From assembly GCF_964204645.1 (NCBI RefSeq), contig NC_134030.1, positions 21,350,210-21,414,209 of the forward strand: a stretch of 64,000 nt of DNA. Direction: 5' to 3'. The notes under the pieces were generated by a model. That model worked only from the letters and a program-made list of their open reading frames with translations. It searched no databases and was not told the origin of the DNA. A program made the translations under genes and the position numbers. Within the stretch, counting starts at the first letter, position 1, and the number at the start of each line of letters is the position of its first letter. Below, piece by piece: positions 61,106-64,000 of this stretch. Source of the DNA: Tubulanus polymorphus. Its lineage: Eukaryota; Animalia; Nemertea.

Positions 61106-63419
61106 ATCCGTTCACCACGTTTGAGTGTGGTTATCGTACCAGAAGCTAGAAAATTGATTTCGAAATCTCAAACTTTCCCTGGTCTGACGATCATGATATA
61201 TATTGAGAGTTCGAAACGTCGGGTCTTTTGATATATACCTTTGATTCAATGAATTATCGGTTTTTGATAATTTTATATTGGATGAATATTGGATTTTCAT
61301 TTAATCGTCCTCTCTCCACGTTTGATTGTGGCTATTCTACATGCACCATGGTGTAACTAACGGTTTTGTAAAAACATTTGCCACAGTGAGATATTTATAA
61401 ATGCAACGCCCCTATTGTAAGGGACAGTCAGTGTTTGGAGTTCGTTACGGGGGGGGGGGGCAATATTCTACAAGTCAGAATAAATGCGTAAATCTTGTAG
61501 GAAACTCGACGAGTAGCCGCTGCATGGAGCTGATCAGTCTCGGTAAAAAAAAAACTGGAGTGAATTTAATGTTCTAAAATAATTCGACTATTTAATGAAG
61601 GATGCAGTTCCACATGCAGTATTATAATATATGTCAAACATTCTGATCATCAGTGCTAAGTAACTTGATCCTGGTTATCAAGACAGTAGTTACTTGGCGT
61701 CTTATAGCATCAGCTGACCTTTCGATGCCTCCTTCAGTCAAATGAATCGCGTATAGTAACAACAGGTCTGACAATTATTGCAGAAAAAAAACCGTATAAT
61801 GTATAAGACAAAACGTTCATTAATAAGAAATAACAATAATACTGTCTAGCGTAGATAGCTGGTTAACATGTTCGACACAAATCACATATAAATTACCTGC
61901 AAATACCGCTATGAAATATGCGTAGTAAACAGAGCGCTGCGATACCTTCCCCGTACTGAAGCTTCACAACGATCGATAATCCCGTCTAACAGTACCGCTG
62001 CTGGTGGTAGCGATGTGTTCGTACGTGTAATAGTACCGCGAGTTGTCGTCAGGTCGAAAGACGGCGCTCCGTGAGGCGATCGAATGGTCGCCCGCCGTCA
62101 TTTTGAACTCGCGAAACGAACCTGCTCTAAGTATTGGTGAAGATGAATATACAAGAATATAGTCGAAACGTTGAATAAACTACTACTATAGCTCATGGGG
62201 AAATATTTGAGACTCTTATCTTTCATTCTTAAAATGGGACTTCATAATCTAGTATTCGTGGAGATGACTATTCAAGAATACAGTCTAAACTTCAAATAAT
62301 TAACCTGCTAACTCGAGGAAACATTTTCCGACTTGATATTATCTTTTTTGTTATTATCATATATGGGATTTTCCATAGATATCAGGGTTAGATCCTAAAG
62401 GGTGCACAGAAACTATCCCCTTTATCTTTAGTTTACATGATAGAAAAAATTAGTTAAGATTTTTTGGCACTTTTTGTTCGGGGGACTTGGAATGACTGGT
62501 AATCGACTTAGATAATAAGTCCATAGAACTGAAATCGAATTTTCAAAATCTTGACCCGGCCACTCCCTCGCATACCTAGCACCGGTTGTATAGTTGCCTT
62601 GCAATCTCTGTAAATAAACCTACATTTTCAAACGAGTCTTACTGCGCTACTTGGCGCTTGTCACTTTGTTGGCAGCCGATGTTTCTCCTTCGCTTTATCG
62701 AGAGGAGTGGGAAATATTTTGGCTCTGAAACAACTGCGTAGTTTAGTCGAGAGAGCGAGGAGCGGCGTTACATTCAGTATTACGGATACAAACGCGTTAG
62801 TATCGCTCTAAAGTTCACAGTTCATCTATCGCTGACGTTTGGTTGTTTAAAAAAAACACTCGACAGCGAGAGAGGAAATTTACTACCATTCAGAACACGG
62901 AACCTTCACGTGATATTAAATGGGGGCGGGTCTATAGTAAAATATGAGGACCTGTGCTGCACTAGCTATCCCGCTAGATGGCGTGCGTTCGTACTAGTGC
63001 GACAACTAAAAAAGTGACCAGCTCTAAAACTATAAAATTTCTCAAAATCTCTCAAAAGCAGTGAATCACTGTGGTAAAAAAATTGCAGACCAACCAGGTC
63101 GTTTGAAAATGATGACACAAATTTGTACGAATCGCAACTGATTTAGATAATGGTTTCGGTTCTCAATAAACAACGACGACGACGGTTAAAATCCGTTGAA
63201 ATTTGAAATTTAAATTCAATTTGATATTTAAATTCAATTTGAAATTTATTCAATATTCGTTTTAACTAATCTGCGCACGCAACAGCCCTTGCGTATTAAA
63301 TGACGGTTGAATGCGTTATAATTCGAAATTTGAAATCAGTTGACACTCTTTTTAACTAATCCGAGTCCGTCACACACCTCACGCGTAAACGATGATGACG
63401 GTTAATGTTACAATTCATA

Positions 63420-63920
63420 TTATTTGATGCTCTTTTTACTAATTTTTGTGCGCGACTGACTTCGCGATTCCCTTTGAGGCGAGAGCGAATCCACCTTCTT
63501 GATCGTAACTTCTCCTTTCGACGGTTTTCGAGGCCGCCTCTGCGACGTCTGCCCGTCCGCCCCACCGCCGCCACCTTTACGCAATCGCTTCATGAAATTC
63601 GGATACAGCTGATCGATCTTTTTCAGCAGCGGAAAAATCTCCGGAGGCCGCAGGGTCAGGGTATCGTCTGCGTTTGACGGTTGAGATTTGAATACGGCCA
63701 CGGCGATATAGGTGGCTCTGTCTTGTAAAAGTTCGTCCGCCTCTTCGTCTTCGGCGGCCATCGATAGATTTTTCAATTCTCCGTTTTCGTCGCATAAATC
63801 TAAAACGGTCGTCTGATCGCATTTACAACGTAAACGGATGTAGTCGAGCACGTTGCGCGTCATGCATCGCGGGTTTAGGAAGAAACAACGGTCGTCCCCG
63901 TGTCGAACCTGTACGAACAT
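63420..63920 (-). CDS. Gene E: CXorf65/C22orf15-like protein, single coding exon (166 aa)
   Basis: MFVQVRHGDDRCFFLNPRC..LDYIR..LDLCDENG..LQDRATY..FPLL resembles recalled human CXorf65 (MFIFIKHGDNQQFLVNTNC..LLYYIR..IDLCEQTG..LTARSTY..FVPLL). Basic low-complexity tail. Confidence 0.75.
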   Translation of the reverse strand: MFVQVRHGDDRCFFLNPRCMTRNVLDYIRLRCKCDQTTVLDLCDENGELKNLSMAAEDEEADELLQDRATYIAVAVFKSQPSNADDTLTLRPPEIFPLLKKIDQLYPNFMKRLRKGGGGGADGQTSQRRPRKPSKGEVTIKKVDSLSPQRESRSQSRTKISKKSIK

Positions 63921-64000
63921 AATTTACCGCGCTGCGAGATGAGTCGACGCTCAGAACCCTACCCGACGCCAATCTGATCCGTTACCGACAAGAATTCGAC

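Overview
Eukaryotic, intron-rich, AT-rich and satellite-rich DNA from a bilaterian invertebrate (lophotrochozoan-like is only a guess). Five protein genes were assembled by hand with consistent exon phases. Genes A (1231-8809, -, 13 exons, ~1037 aa) and B (9286-19767, -, 12 exons, ~1434 aa) are tandem paralogous type-I membrane proteins: signal peptide, 2x WSC, Ig, ZPBP/Sp38-like domain, Cys-rich repeat, TM, then a cytoplasmic polyproline plus WH2-like tail (one motif in A, about 9-10 in B). Gene C (19878-25090, +) is a secreted WSC-LamG-WSC protein head-to-head with B. Gene D (27559-52157, -, 14 coding exons) is a GABA/taurine/creatine-clade SLC6 transporter with atypical binding-site residues. 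Gene E (63420-63920, -) is an intronless CXorf65/C22orf15-like gene. Also present: an intronic tRNA-Lys(CTT), many satellites, Penelope-type minimal hammerhead ribozymes (solitary, in palindromes and in tandem arrays), and many CTCF-like motifs, including one carried by a 77-bp satellite. Main candidate novelty: ZPBP-like surface receptors fused to actin-binding (WH2/polyproline) tails, clustered with a secreted WSC lectin-like gene. All family assignments are by motif recall; no database search was run.
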